Assembly: GCA_031553555.1 (NCBI GenBank) | Contig: JAVBLL010000003.1 | Coordinates: 40,359-104,358, forward strand | Length of the DNA stretch: 64,000 bases | Reading direction: 5' to 3' | From: Bacilli bacterium | GTDB taxonomy: Bacteria; Bacillota_I; Bacilli_A; ML615J-28; CAG-698 | Part shown: piece by piece, positions 36,799-46,444 of the stretch | Layout: each line of letters starts with the position of its first letter | Numbering within the stretch: position 1 is the first letter of the stretch | Translations under genes and position numbers: made by a program | The notes under the pieces: generated by a model | Told to the model about the DNA's origin: nothing | Databases searched by the model: none | What the model saw: the letters and a program-made list of their open reading frames with translations, nothing else

Positions 36799-37365
36799 AT
36801 GAGAGAAAATATACCTGAGATGCTCTTTGCTACTCGCAATGATTTTAGACAATGGCTAAGTGATAATGCTGAAAGTAGTTTGGGAATTTGGCTAATCTTC
36901 AGCAAATCAAAAAATATTCTAACTGTTAATGCCAATGATGCCCTAGAAGAAGCCCTGTGTTTTGGTTGGATAGATGGACAGATATATAGTATAGATAATG
37001 AAAAATATAAAAAATATTTTGCTCCACGCCGAAAAAATAGCGTATGGTCTGAAAAGAACAAAAAAACGATTGAGATATTAAGAACCAAAAATATTATGAC
37101 TAGTCTCGGTGAACTTGCAGTTGAAGAAGCCAAGAAAAATGGCAAATGGGAAAGTAAAATTATTGAATTAACAAATGACCAAATAGATTTCTTTGCCAAT
37201 AAAGTAAAAAAATATCCACAAGCATATGCCAATTTCAATAAGATGTCTCCCTCTATAAGAAAAACATATGCTCGTAGATATTTCTCTTTCAAATCAGAAG
37301 ATACAAGAGAAAAAGATTTTTTAAAAATTATTGATCGATTAAATAATAATCAATTGCCAATGTAA
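36799..37365 (+). CDS. YdeI/OmpD-associated family protein
   Basis: FRQWLSDNAESSLGIWLIF, ALCFGWIDGQ and FAPRRKNSVWSEKN are typical of the YdeI family. Confidence 0.7.
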   Translation: MRENIPEMLFATRNDFRQWLSDNAESSLGIWLIFSKSKNILTVNANDALEEALCFGWIDGQIYSIDNEKYKKYFAPRRKNSVWSEKNKKTIEILRTKNIMTSLGELAVEEAKKNGKWESKIIELTNDQIDFFANKVKKYPQAYANFNKMSPSIRKTYARRYFSFKSEDTREKDFLKIIDRLNNNQLPM

Positions 37366-37420
37366 TTATAAATTAGATATTGCATCAATAAAATAATACA
37401 GATAAACTGAAGGAGATTTT

Positions 37421-38497
37421 ATGCAAAAAACAACTAAGAATATGGCAGTATATATAAAAAACATCATACCATCAAACATTCCTGAAACATATACCATCAA
37501 ACAAATATTTAAAAATATTTCTAGTGAAAATAGCATCCGAAAAGGTATAATTGGTTTTAGAGACTTTCTATATCATTTTTGCGATTACATAATTGCTGAT
37601 GATAGTTTATATGACAAACCATCTCGAGAAATTCATGAGTTTTTAGATAATATAAGTTTGCCACTGGACTTCCCATTTTTAAATGAACTTTCAAGTATAC
37701 TAGTAAATATAGGCTTTTATGGTATACTAGATGATAACAGTCAATCATTATCCATAGCTGACTGGCAACTTCTTGCCTTTGTAGGAAATGCAAACTTGAG
37801 ATCACAAAAGAAAATGGTTGTGCCAAAATTAATAGAAGGTTTACGTTATTTGAAAAATTGTGGAATCATTATTGAAGGGATTGATTTAAATATAAAAAAG
37901 CCAGATATAGCAAAAGTTGAAACATTAAAGATTTCATTTCCAAAAAATCCAATTATGCTATTAGGATTAAAAGTTATGGCAATAGCTCAAAATCAATTAC
38001 GAACAAGTGGACATGAAGATTTCTTTCTATGTTGCAATTATCGAATTTTAAAAGAGGAAAGTACAGATGCATCTATTGTTTTAAAAGATTTTATCAATCC
38101 CTTGACTAGTAATATGCAGGATTTTGTTATGAAACTGCATCAATTGTTTATAGAGGCAGGATTAATAACTAAAGTAGAGGTAAAGTATTTTATTTTTCGC
38201 TTTATCTATTCATATAAAAATAAAGAGATATGTACAATTTCAACATCATTAAACGGTTACTCACTCATCATTAAGATGAATAATATTATTAATTTTCCTG
38301 ATATTTTTAATGAACTTCCGTTACTATTACAACAAAAAATTTCCAAAGGATTTGGTTGCTATCGAAAAATAGGTGGTGATCATTGTGATGGTGGTTGTCA
38401 AGGATTTCGTTTTTCATTAGATGATTCATTAATTGCAATGAGTGAAGATATTGTGATATGGCTTGATAAAGAATTGTCAAGCTTAAAAAGAAAATAA
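37421..38497 (+). CDS. hypothetical protein with a Cys-rich C-terminus
   Basis: GAAGGAG RBS. GCYRKIGGDHCDGGCQGF lies near the C-terminus. No family recognised. Confidence 0.6.
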   Translation: MQKTTKNMAVYIKNIIPSNIPETYTIKQIFKNISSENSIRKGIIGFRDFLYHFCDYIIADDSLYDKPSREIHEFLDNISLPLDFPFLNELSSILVNIGFYGILDDNSQSLSIADWQLLAFVGNANLRSQKKMVVPKLIEGLRYLKNCGIIIEGIDLNIKKPDIAKVETLKISFPKNPIMLLGLKVMAIAQNQLRTSGHEDFFLCCNYRILKEESTDASIVLKDFINPLTSNMQDFVMKLHQLFIEAGLITKVEVKYFIFRFIYSYKNKEICTISTSLNGYSLIIKMNNIINFPDIFNELPLLLQQKISKGFGCYRKIGGDHCDGGCQGFRFSLDDSLIAMSEDIVIWLDKELSSLKRK

Positions 38498-38716
38498 GCG
38501 ATTATTAAATAAAGCCATTAAGTCTACAAAATATCGATATTAATTATTTATCATATATTTACAATATAATTAAAAAATGATAAAATTAGGCAGTGAGGTA
38601 AAAATATAATTAATTTTGTTATATATATGTCTAAAAGATATTTCATTGATAAGTTTTTGGGCAATATCTTCCATAAATAAGACATAATTATAGCAAAAAC
38701 ATATATTAAGGAAAAA

Positions 38717-39331
38717 ATGGATGATTTAAAAATAGGTACATTGATTTCATTTAATAACTACAACTGGATTGTACTTGATATACAAAATAATGCGGCATTA
38801 ATTATAACAGAAGAAATAATTGAACAACGCTCTTACCATGATACTTATAAAGAAATAACCTGGGCTGACTGTAGTTTGAGGAAATATCTTAATGATGAAT
38901 TTTATAATAAATTCACAGAAAAGGAAAAATCAAGAATAATACCGGTATTAAATAAAAATCTTGACAATCAATGGTACGGTTCAAATGGTGGAGTAGACAC
39001 AAAAGATAATATATTTTTATTAAGTATTGAGGAAGTATGTAAATATTTTGGCGACAGCACTGATAAACTTCAAAATCGAGGAAAAAACCAAAGATATTGG
39101 CTTGAAAGAAAAGATGAAAATAATATTAAACGGATTGCAAGACTTCTGGGTAAAGAGGGAAGCTGGTGGTGGTGGCTTCGTTCGCCTGGACGTGTTAATG
39201 TAAAAGCCGTATACATCTTCGGAACAGATGGAAGTATAGGTATCCAAGGAAATAATATATTAAAAGGTAATATTGCTGATGGAAAGTGTACTGGTGGAGT
39301 TCGACCAGCTTTGTGGCTGAAGTTGCAATAA
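38717..39331 (+). CDS. DUF6273-like protein
   Basis: FLLSIEEV, WWWWLRSPG and GVRPALWL are typical of this Firmicutes family. Confidence 0.6.
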   Translation: MDDLKIGTLISFNNYNWIVLDIQNNAALIITEEIIEQRSYHDTYKEITWADCSLRKYLNDEFYNKFTEKEKSRIIPVLNKNLDNQWYGSNGGVDTKDNIFLLSIEEVCKYFGDSTDKLQNRGKNQRYWLERKDENNIKRIARLLGKEGSWWWWLRSPGRVNVKAVYIFGTDGSIGIQGNNILKGNIADGKCTGGVRPALWLKLQ

Positions 39332-39413
39332 TAAATTGTTCCATAATTTAAGAGACTCAATAATAGTTGCTATATAATAATTTTATGTTTCTACAGATGT
39401 AAGAAAAAATAAA

Positions 39414-39698
39414 ATGTTGCAAATCGAGAAAAACAACGAGGTTTCTGTTGCAGGATTAGATTGGTATGCTTTCCATGGCATAGCTGAAAATTTAGGTTGG
39501 GTTAAAGATGAGAAAAACACAAAAATAAGAGCTAAATTTAAAAAAATCTTTGGATGGTTCGACGAAGTTGGCGATGAGGATAATCCAGACTCCATTGTTT
39601 TGCGTATTACTCTTACAGAAGGAACGATTATTGACAATGAAGAAAAATATGGTGAACATAAATATGAAATTAATTTTATCAATAGGACAGCAAGGTGA
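39414..39698 (+). CDS. hypothetical small acidic protein
   Basis: Protein-like composition, but a weak RBS. Confidence 0.4.
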   Translation: MLQIEKNNEVSVAGLDWYAFHGIAENLGWVKDEKNTKIRAKFKKIFGWFDEVGDEDNPDSIVLRITLTEGTIIDNEEKYGEHKYEINFINRTAR

Positions 39699-39901
39699 AG
39701 ATAATTATATATTAATTTATTATTTATGTAATTAAAGGCTAGATGAAAATTCTATCTTCTATTAGTTTTAATAAATGAAAGATAGGATAATATGAATAAA
39801 ATCGAAATGATTTATTTCGCAGATAAATATGAGTAAAGATAATTGTAAAAGTAAATTTTTAGCTTATATTAATAAAAAGACATTGTTATTGTAGGCATAA
39901 T

Positions 39902-39940
39902 GAAAAAAGTGGGCACTAAACTGTAATGAGTTTAGTGCCC
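39902..39940 (-). terminator. terminator of the XRE-TPR gene
   Basis: GGGCACTAAAC ... GTTTAGTGCCC, followed on the minus strand by a T-run. Confidence 0.8.
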
Positions 39941-39946
39941 AAAATA

Positions 39947-41026
39947 TTATTCTAATTCATGTGAATTAGATTTTAGTAATTCTAAACATTTATTAAAGCG
40001 ATTATTATTTCTAAGGACATCAAACTCAGGTTTCATAAGAAAGTCTTCCCATATAATCCAACAAATATTACGTTTAGTCGGCCATGGAAAATACCCATGT
40101 TCTCTGTCTTTATCCATATGATTACTATGATATATTGCATCCTGTGTGGCATTTTCAACATAATTCAATGCATTTTCTATATCTCCAGCTACACAGTATA
40201 ATTCAGCAATAAGAACATTAGCAAAATCACGATTACTATGAACAATCAAATCACCTTCATCTTCATATATCTCACTATAAATTTGCATCGATTTTTTATA
40301 CCACTTTATTTTTTCAAGTGGACCCAAATCAGCTTTATCTGCGTAAACCTCAATAGTGTCACACAATAAAATTGCAAATCTACCAATGCGGTGGAGTTGA
40401 TTGTCCGCCCATTCCTTCCCCTCTAATACTGCTCCAATATTTACATCTTGCGTATACCATACCTCAGATGGTAAAGTATACAAAATTTTCTTTGCATCAT
40501 CCTTCATATCCCACTTAATATATTGCCTGAAAAGTTGCCATTTTGTCCATAGTGACGTATCCTGGTTTGTGCAATAATTGATAATTCTTTCACCAATTGA
40601 GATTATTTCATTTTTAAATTCTTTAGTATTTTTTATACAATCAGGAGAATCTTCACTGCATGACGTGCATAATGTATGCATAAGTTGACTTTGCAAATCG
40701 TAGTTCACAGGATATTCTTTGACGGCTTTTCGCGCAACGTCAATTGCATCGTATACTTTACCAACATTAAGAAAATTTCTAATGTCCCTTATATATTCGG
40801 CGACTTTATTTTCACTGATTATTAAGTCCTTTCCGAGAAGCTCATCAATTGTAACTTTGAAAAATATTGCGATATGCGGAAGGAGTTCTATATCGGGATA
40901 ATTTGCCCCTGTTTCCCATCGACTTACTGTTTGTGGAGAAACATGGAAAATATCCGCAAGCTGATCTTGTGTTAGATCATAGTTCCGTCTAAGTTGTTTG
41001 AATTTTTCACTAAAATACATTGTCAT
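39947..41026 (-). CDS. XRE HTH plus TPR-like helical-repeat regulator (RRNPP-like architecture)
   Basis: FKQLRRNYDLTQDQLADIFHVSPQTVSRWETG HTH, then about 290 aa of helical repeat-like sequence. The ATG at 41026 lies 8 nt after AAGAGG; the track start at 41035 is a GTG. Confidence 0.75.
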   Translation of the reverse strand: MTMYFSEKFKQLRRNYDLTQDQLADIFHVSPQTVSRWETGANYPDIELLPHIAIFFKVTIDELLGKDLIISENKVAEYIRDIRNFLNVGKVYDAIDVARKAVKEYPVNYDLQSQLMHTLCTSCSEDSPDCIKNTKEFKNEIISIGERIINYCTNQDTSLWTKWQLFRQYIKWDMKDDAKKILYTLPSEVWYTQDVNIGAVLEGKEWADNQLHRIGRFAILLCDTIEVYADKADLGPLEKIKWYKKSMQIYSEIYEDEGDLIVHSNRDFANVLIAELYCVAGDIENALNYVENATQDAIYHSNHMDKDREHGYFPWPTKRNICWIIWEDFLMKPEFDVLRNNNRFNKCLELLKSNSHELE

Positions 41027-41477
41027 TTTTTTCACCTCTTATTAAATTTTTGAATCGATTCTACTAATAGTATAAATCATATAATATATAAAATCAAGCA
41101 CGCAGTTTGAGAGTTTTTATCAAGAAAAACGTGAGTTTAATTTATATATGAAATCAGAAAAACAAATAATTTTATCTTTCATTTTTTGTTATCTATTTTA
41201 TCAATATTTAATTAATAGATCAACAATAGGGAATCGTTATATAAAAGACAAAAATACTAAAAAGGCTTGTATAATATATAAGAAAGTGTTATATTAAACT
41301 TGAGTGATAAAATAATAACTGGATTAAGATAATTGATTTAGTATAACTTCTAATTAATAAAAAATAATGTATTAGATGATTGAACTTATAAAATTAGATA
41401 TTTTTAAAAATTCATAAAAAAATTTATCTTTTATTTGTTATATATATAACTCTATAATTAGTGAATGAGGAGGAGAA

Positions 41478-42506
41478 ATGAAAAAAATATTGTTTTTAAT
41501 TATTATTATTTTTTCGATATGTTTAGTAGGGTGTGAAGCCTTTTATGGATCAGATGAAAAAATTGAATTTTCAATTGATAAAGGTGAAACTTGGAATTTT
41601 GAAAATGATGAATATGATTTTGATATATTGAATACCCAATCAAATACTAATATATCTGGGATGACTTTTTTCTATGCGTTCACATACGAAGAATTTTTAG
41701 AAAAAATAACTGATAATAAAGAACCAAAATCCGCTTCATATCTTTACCCAAATGAAGACTATTGGAATCAACTAATAGATGATTATGATGAAGAGTATTT
41801 TGAGGAATATAATCTATTATTTTATTATAAATATGAACCCAATATTTCTCAAAATTATGTCTATTCTATTACTAGAGAAAATAATACCCTAGTATTAAAT
41901 GTTAACAGATTTGAAGGAATGTGCACTGCATTAAGTAGTTGGTATAGTATTGTTGTAATTAAAAAAACTGATTGCTTGGATATTAATCAAGTTAAAGTTT
42001 CTGTAAATACTATTCAAGAGAAACAAGATTCCATATATCTTTATATCAAACCAGAATATTATCGAAAAGCATATGTTGAAGGATTTTCAAAAGATGATTT
42101 AATTGGCGTAGACAACATCAAAGAAGTGTCTGTATATGCATCAGATTTTATCTTAGAATTTGATTTATCAACTACTGATGAAAACCTAATTAATACAATT
42201 ATGGAAGAAATGGCATACAATGAATTAGTTGTCAGTACTTATTGGGATTATCGTGGAGTTAGTTATAATAAAATCCGAATTTCATTAAAAACAAGTTGTT
42301 ATGATGATTTTGTAGATCAAAAATTAACTAAAAGTGATTTTACAAATTCAATGTATATATCAGAAGCGATTTACCGTGTAAAACCACATACACCATGGAT
42401 AACTATCAAAATGGATAAAACGGGAATTGAGTATGCAAATAAAATGATTGAACAAATCAAAAAATTAGAATTTGATTATATAGATTATGATGAACTTAGT
42501 GAATAA
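41478..42506 (+). CDS. hypothetical lipoprotein
   Basis: Lipobox LVGC. GAGGAGG RBS. Confidence 0.7.
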   Translation: MKKILFLIIIIFSICLVGCEAFYGSDEKIEFSIDKGETWNFENDEYDFDILNTQSNTNISGMTFFYAFTYEEFLEKITDNKEPKSASYLYPNEDYWNQLIDDYDEEYFEEYNLLFYYKYEPNISQNYVYSITRENNTLVLNVNRFEGMCTALSSWYSIVVIKKTDCLDINQVKVSVNTIQEKQDSIYLYIKPEYYRKAYVEGFSKDDLIGVDNIKEVSVYASDFILEFDLSTTDENLINTIMEEMAYNELVVSTYWDYRGVSYNKIRISLKTSCYDDFVDQKLTKSDFTNSMYISEAIYRVKPHTPWITIKMDKTGIEYANKMIEQIKKLEFDYIDYDELSE

Positions 42507-42531
42507 TCAAATATTACATTAATATGTTAAA

Positions 42532-42572
42532 AAAGGTCTGTCTGAAGTTAATACTTTTCAGCAGACCTTTTT
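42532..42572 (+). terminator. rho-independent terminator
   Basis: AAAGGTCTGTCTGAA ... TTCAGCAGACCTTT followed by TT. Confidence 0.8.
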
Positions 42573-42762
42573 ATATTATTAATATAATGAATCACATGTT
42601 TTGTTTTTTATTGTCGAATAGTTGATATTTAGTTGATTTTTCTTTGTTATAATATAATGTAGTAAAATTTAATTAATAATGAAAATCAAAAAAGAAAAGG
42701 AGATATAATATAAGAACTCAAGATATCTAATATCAAATGTTTTATATTATAAAAATAAACTA

Positions 42763-43812
42763 GTGGGAATAAAAAAAACATTAAAATATGCAATAATAAA
42801 AAAATCGATTGAAAAGAAAAAGAAAAAAGCGCCATTTGATTCAGAATATTCTGAGCATTTTACTTTACCAGCCAATGCTGATTTATCACAAAACAATAGT
42901 TATTATTTTTCAGCTCATGGCCTTGATGGTGAGAGCTTACTATTTAGACAAGGGAATCGTGGCGGTGGTAATACTGAGGTATGGTTTGCATATAAAGATA
43001 AAGATGGTCAGTCCTATGTCAATACTATGCAATTATATGAAAGTAATAATCCAACATCAGTTCATTGTGCAAAAACAGAACAATTATGGCAATTTAGTTA
43101 TAATGGACTTATGGCATTAACAGATAAAGATAATAATTTAACATCAAATCCAACAAACCAAGTAATAGAGACTAGTTTTGTTGGAGAGTTTATTGCAAAC
43201 TCTCCAATATTTGAGTTTTCAAGACATATGGATTCAAAACCCATTGCTAGAGCACTTTCAAATGAAAAATGGACAGAGGATTTTAAAACAAGTGTTGCCC
43301 ACAATCATCAAGTTCACTATGAGCAACCTGGAGTTGTAAAAGGTACACTACAACTAGGAAAAAAGAAAATAGAAATTAATATGCCGGCAATGCGCGACCA
43401 TTCATATGGTAAAAGAGACTGGAGTTATATGGATCGCCATATATGGCTAATGATTATTCTAGAAGGCGATGAACACTTAAATATTAATATGGTGAGATAT
43501 CCTGCATTAAGACAGTTACAAAGTGGTTATTTAAAAAAAGGAGAAAGCACTATTTGTATTGATAGCGTAACTTCAATGGATGACATTCCGTGTAATGGGA
43601 TAGTTCCCAAACAATTTAAAGTTGAAGTTATTATGGCCGATGGAACAAAATTAAATGTTGAATGTACTAAAGAACAAGAATATATATTTCCCTTTGCAAA
43701 TGGGGCATATGTTATAAATGAGGGCTTAGGTTCATTTAAAATTGGAGAAAAAAAAGGTAGAGGAATATTAGAATTTGGATTTAATGGTAACAAGAATCGC
43801 TGGACAAGGTAA
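42763..43812 (+). CDS. hypothetical protein, first gene of a two-gene operon (start uncertain)
   Basis: GTG start without a clear RBS. The next in-frame Met is about 88 codons later. It ends 8 nt before the PEP-utilising enzyme gene. Confidence 0.55.
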   Translation: MGIKKTLKYAIIKKSIEKKKKKAPFDSEYSEHFTLPANADLSQNNSYYFSAHGLDGESLLFRQGNRGGGNTEVWFAYKDKDGQSYVNTMQLYESNNPTSVHCAKTEQLWQFSYNGLMALTDKDNNLTSNPTNQVIETSFVGEFIANSPIFEFSRHMDSKPIARALSNEKWTEDFKTSVAHNHQVHYEQPGVVKGTLQLGKKKIEINMPAMRDHSYGKRDWSYMDRHIWLMIILEGDEHLNINMVRYPALRQLQSGYLKKGESTICIDSVTSMDDIPCNGIVPKQFKVEVIMADGTKLNVECTKEQEYIFPFANGAYVINEGLGSFKIGEKKGRGILEFGFNGNKNRWTR

Positions 43813-43820
43813 GGTAAATA

Positions 43821-46226
43821 ATGAAAATATATAGTCTAAATAACATTCCAATTGAACAATATGCTGAGGTTGGTGGAAAGGCCAAAGGATTAAATCAAAT
43901 AAGTAGAGCAGGTTATAAGATCCCAACTGGCTTTGTAATAGTAGATGTGGATATTAATGATAGTAATAATATCAAACAAATAAAAGAATATTATAATCAA
44001 AGTAAGTTTAAAGCTGTTGCCATAAGGTCATCAGCCACTGCTGAAGATGGCATTGATTTTTCAGCAGCTGGTCAGTATTCAACATTTTTGAATGTTGAAG
44101 GAGATGAAGATTTAATTGATGCAATAAAAAAATGTTTAAATTCTCTAAAAAACGAAACGGCAAATAGTTATTCGAATTTTTTCGGACAAATTGAAAAACA
44201 AAAAATGTCAGTTATTGTTCAAGAAATGGTTGAAGCAGCAAAAGCTGGTGTTTGTTTTACATTAAATCCAATATCTTCAGATAATACGATGTTAATTGAA
44301 GCCATTGAAGGTCTAGGTGAGGACTTAGTAGCTGGGAACAAGTCTGCGTATCAGTATAAAATTCCTAATAATGAATTTATACTAAATGATGAATATAAAA
44401 GAGAAGAAAATATTTTAAGTCCAGCTGAGTTAGAAAAACTTTACTCAGATGCACAAAAATTGAAAGAAGCATTTAGATTAGAACTTGACCTGGAATGGGC
44501 AATAAATAGTAAGAATGAAATATTTTGGCTACAGTCAAGACCAATTACAACTGAAGATACTACAATTCATGAACTTGATTGCACAGTCGATTTAGATAAT
44601 AATGTTGTAACGACATGTAACATAGGTGAAATGTTACCAAATGCGGTAACACCACTAAGTTTGTCAACATCAGTTAGTGCCATTGATAATGGGCTAAGGG
44701 AAATGTTAGTAATAGCCGGTGCCTTTAAAAAGTTAGATGATGTGCCACACGGGAGCTGTGCTTTAAGTATTGGCAACCACCTTTTTCTTAATCTTACAAT
44801 TATAAAAAAAATCGGTGCAACTGTTTTGGGTGCCAGTGATACATCAATTGATTTAAGTATTTGTGGGAAAGTGATAAAAGATGTACCTCCACTTCAGTAT
44901 AAGAAATCTTTTATATTAAAAAGATTGTATAATTGTTTTAAATACTTTAAATATTTACTTTCAAGAAATAAAGCAAGAGCAAAATTATCTGATTTAAACA
45001 AAAGTTTCAGTATTAAAATATGCGATGATATCAAAGAACAATATGATGATATCAATAAAAAAATGTGGGCATTAGATAAAGCCTTTGCTTATCACTATGT
45101 AACATCAGCACATTCTGGTGCAATGAGTGGGGCGCTATTCGTCATTTTATCTAAAGATATGAATGAAGATCAAGCAAAAGGCGTAATTGCTGGACTATTA
45201 GAAGATATTGATGATATTGAAAGTGTTGATATTTTGCGATCACTTCGTTTACTTGCAAAAGAGATTATAAATGAAAATCCAGATGTTATTAACTATGATT
45301 CTAGTCAGCTAACTGAATATTGTAAACATTTGAAAGAAGAAAAAACCATTCAAGCATATGAAAATTTTATGAACAAACATGGACATCGTGCGATTAGAGA
45401 AGCAGAATTAAGAAGCAAGTCATGGAAAGATGATGAAGAAGCTTTTATTAATTTCTTGAGAACTGTAATAAGTACTGGGGCCAATGAAGTTATCAAAGAG
45501 CAAACAACATGGGATAAGAATCTTGAAGAATTACTAAATAATTATCGTGGTTCCACAAAAAAAGCTCTTAAATATTTAACAAAGCAAGCTCGAGATGGGG
45601 TGAAAAATAGAGAAGCCTCAAAATCAATGAGTATAAGAATTACAGACCAATTTAAAATTGGATATAATAACCTTAGTAAATTACTAGTTAATGAAAAAGT
45701 ATTACCAGATAATGATCTAATATATTTCTTCACTCATCAAGAACTAGGCCAACTAATTAATGAAAAAAAGATTTGTTTAATTAAAAAAGCATTATCAAGA
45801 AGAAGATTATTAAGTGAGCAACAATTATTAAAGTTTAATGAAATATCTATCGGTAGACCAATGCCAATAGTTTTAGATATCCAAAACCAAGATGATAGTG
45901 CAATATTATCAGGTACGCCAATTAGTAGAGGTGTAGTTACCGGCATTGCCAGAGTTGTCAAATCACTTGAAGATGCAAAAAAATTAGTTAAAGGTGAAAT
46001 AATGGTTTCATCATTTACTGATATAGGCTGGTCACCGTTCTATTGTTTGATAAGTGGATTAGTTACCGAGGTAGGTTCAGTATTATCGCATGGTGCAGTA
46101 GTTGCCAGAGAATATTCACTTCCATTAGTATCAAATATTCATTATGCCACTGAAATTATTAAAACTGGTGATTTAATAACTGTAGACGGTAAGACAGGAA
46201 CAGTGACGATTGTTGAGCAATCGTAG
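43821..46226 (+). CDS. PEP-utilising enzyme family phosphotransferase (PpsA N-terminal ATP-grasp plus C-terminal swivel His domain; YvkC / rifampicin-phosphotransferase-like layout)
   Basis: The N-terminus EVGGKAKGLNQISRAGYKIPTGFVI resembles the PPDK_N domain. The C-terminus VTEVGSVLSHGAVVAREYSLPLV is a mobile His domain. Confidence 0.8.
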   Translation: MKIYSLNNIPIEQYAEVGGKAKGLNQISRAGYKIPTGFVIVDVDINDSNNIKQIKEYYNQSKFKAVAIRSSATAEDGIDFSAAGQYSTFLNVEGDEDLIDAIKKCLNSLKNETANSYSNFFGQIEKQKMSVIVQEMVEAAKAGVCFTLNPISSDNTMLIEAIEGLGEDLVAGNKSAYQYKIPNNEFILNDEYKREENILSPAELEKLYSDAQKLKEAFRLELDLEWAINSKNEIFWLQSRPITTEDTTIHELDCTVDLDNNVVTTCNIGEMLPNAVTPLSLSTSVSAIDNGLREMLVIAGAFKKLDDVPHGSCALSIGNHLFLNLTIIKKIGATVLGASDTSIDLSICGKVIKDVPPLQYKKSFILKRLYNCFKYFKYLLSRNKARAKLSDLNKSFSIKICDDIKEQYDDINKKMWALDKAFAYHYVTSAHSGAMSGALFVILSKDMNEDQAKGVIAGLLEDIDDIESVDILRSLRLLAKEIINENPDVINYDSSQLTEYCKHLKEEKTIQAYENFMNKHGHRAIREAELRSKSWKDDEEAFINFLRTVISTGANEVIKEQTTWDKNLEELLNNYRGSTKKALKYLTKQARDGVKNREASKSMSIRITDQFKIGYNNLSKLLVNEKVLPDNDLIYFFTHQELGQLINEKKICLIKKALSRRRLLSEQQLLKFNEISIGRPMPIVLDIQNQDDSAILSGTPISRGVVTGIARVVKSLEDAKKLVKGEIMVSSFTDIGWSPFYCLISGLVTEVGSVLSHGAVVAREYSLPLVSNIHYATEIIKTGDLITVDGKTGTVTIVEQS

Positions 46227-46444
46227 TAAATAAAAAATAATAGATTATAAATGCTGTGTCATGAATAAAGAAGTAAGAGTTAAATGTGTTAGTTGATAAT
46301 TAAAATGATATCAAATTAGACATGGGGGACGGAATACGTTCCCTTTTTATTTTTACAAACTTTTTTGATATTTTAAATTTATTAAGATTAAAATAAGCAT
46401 TAATGAAAATACTAAATAATATAATTATAAAAAGGAATGATTTA

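Noticed and set aside
36729-37292. 187-aa minus-strand ORF
   Set aside because: It lies entirely antisense to the YdeI-family gene, which has clear family motifs and an RBS. Its composition (Leu/Ser/Phe-rich) is typical of shadow ORFs in AT-rich DNA.
39020-39682. Minus-strand ORFs 39020-39247, 39070-39360 and 39383-39682, and plus ORF 39550-39735
   Set aside because: They are antisense to, or out of frame within, the DUF6273-like gene and the 94-aa ORF. No RBS or motif supports them.
42809-43120. 103-aa alternative-frame ORF, and minus-strand ORFs at 43098-43304 and 43527-43793
   Set aside because: They are nested within or antisense to the 349-aa ORF, which forms an operon with the downstream enzyme gene.
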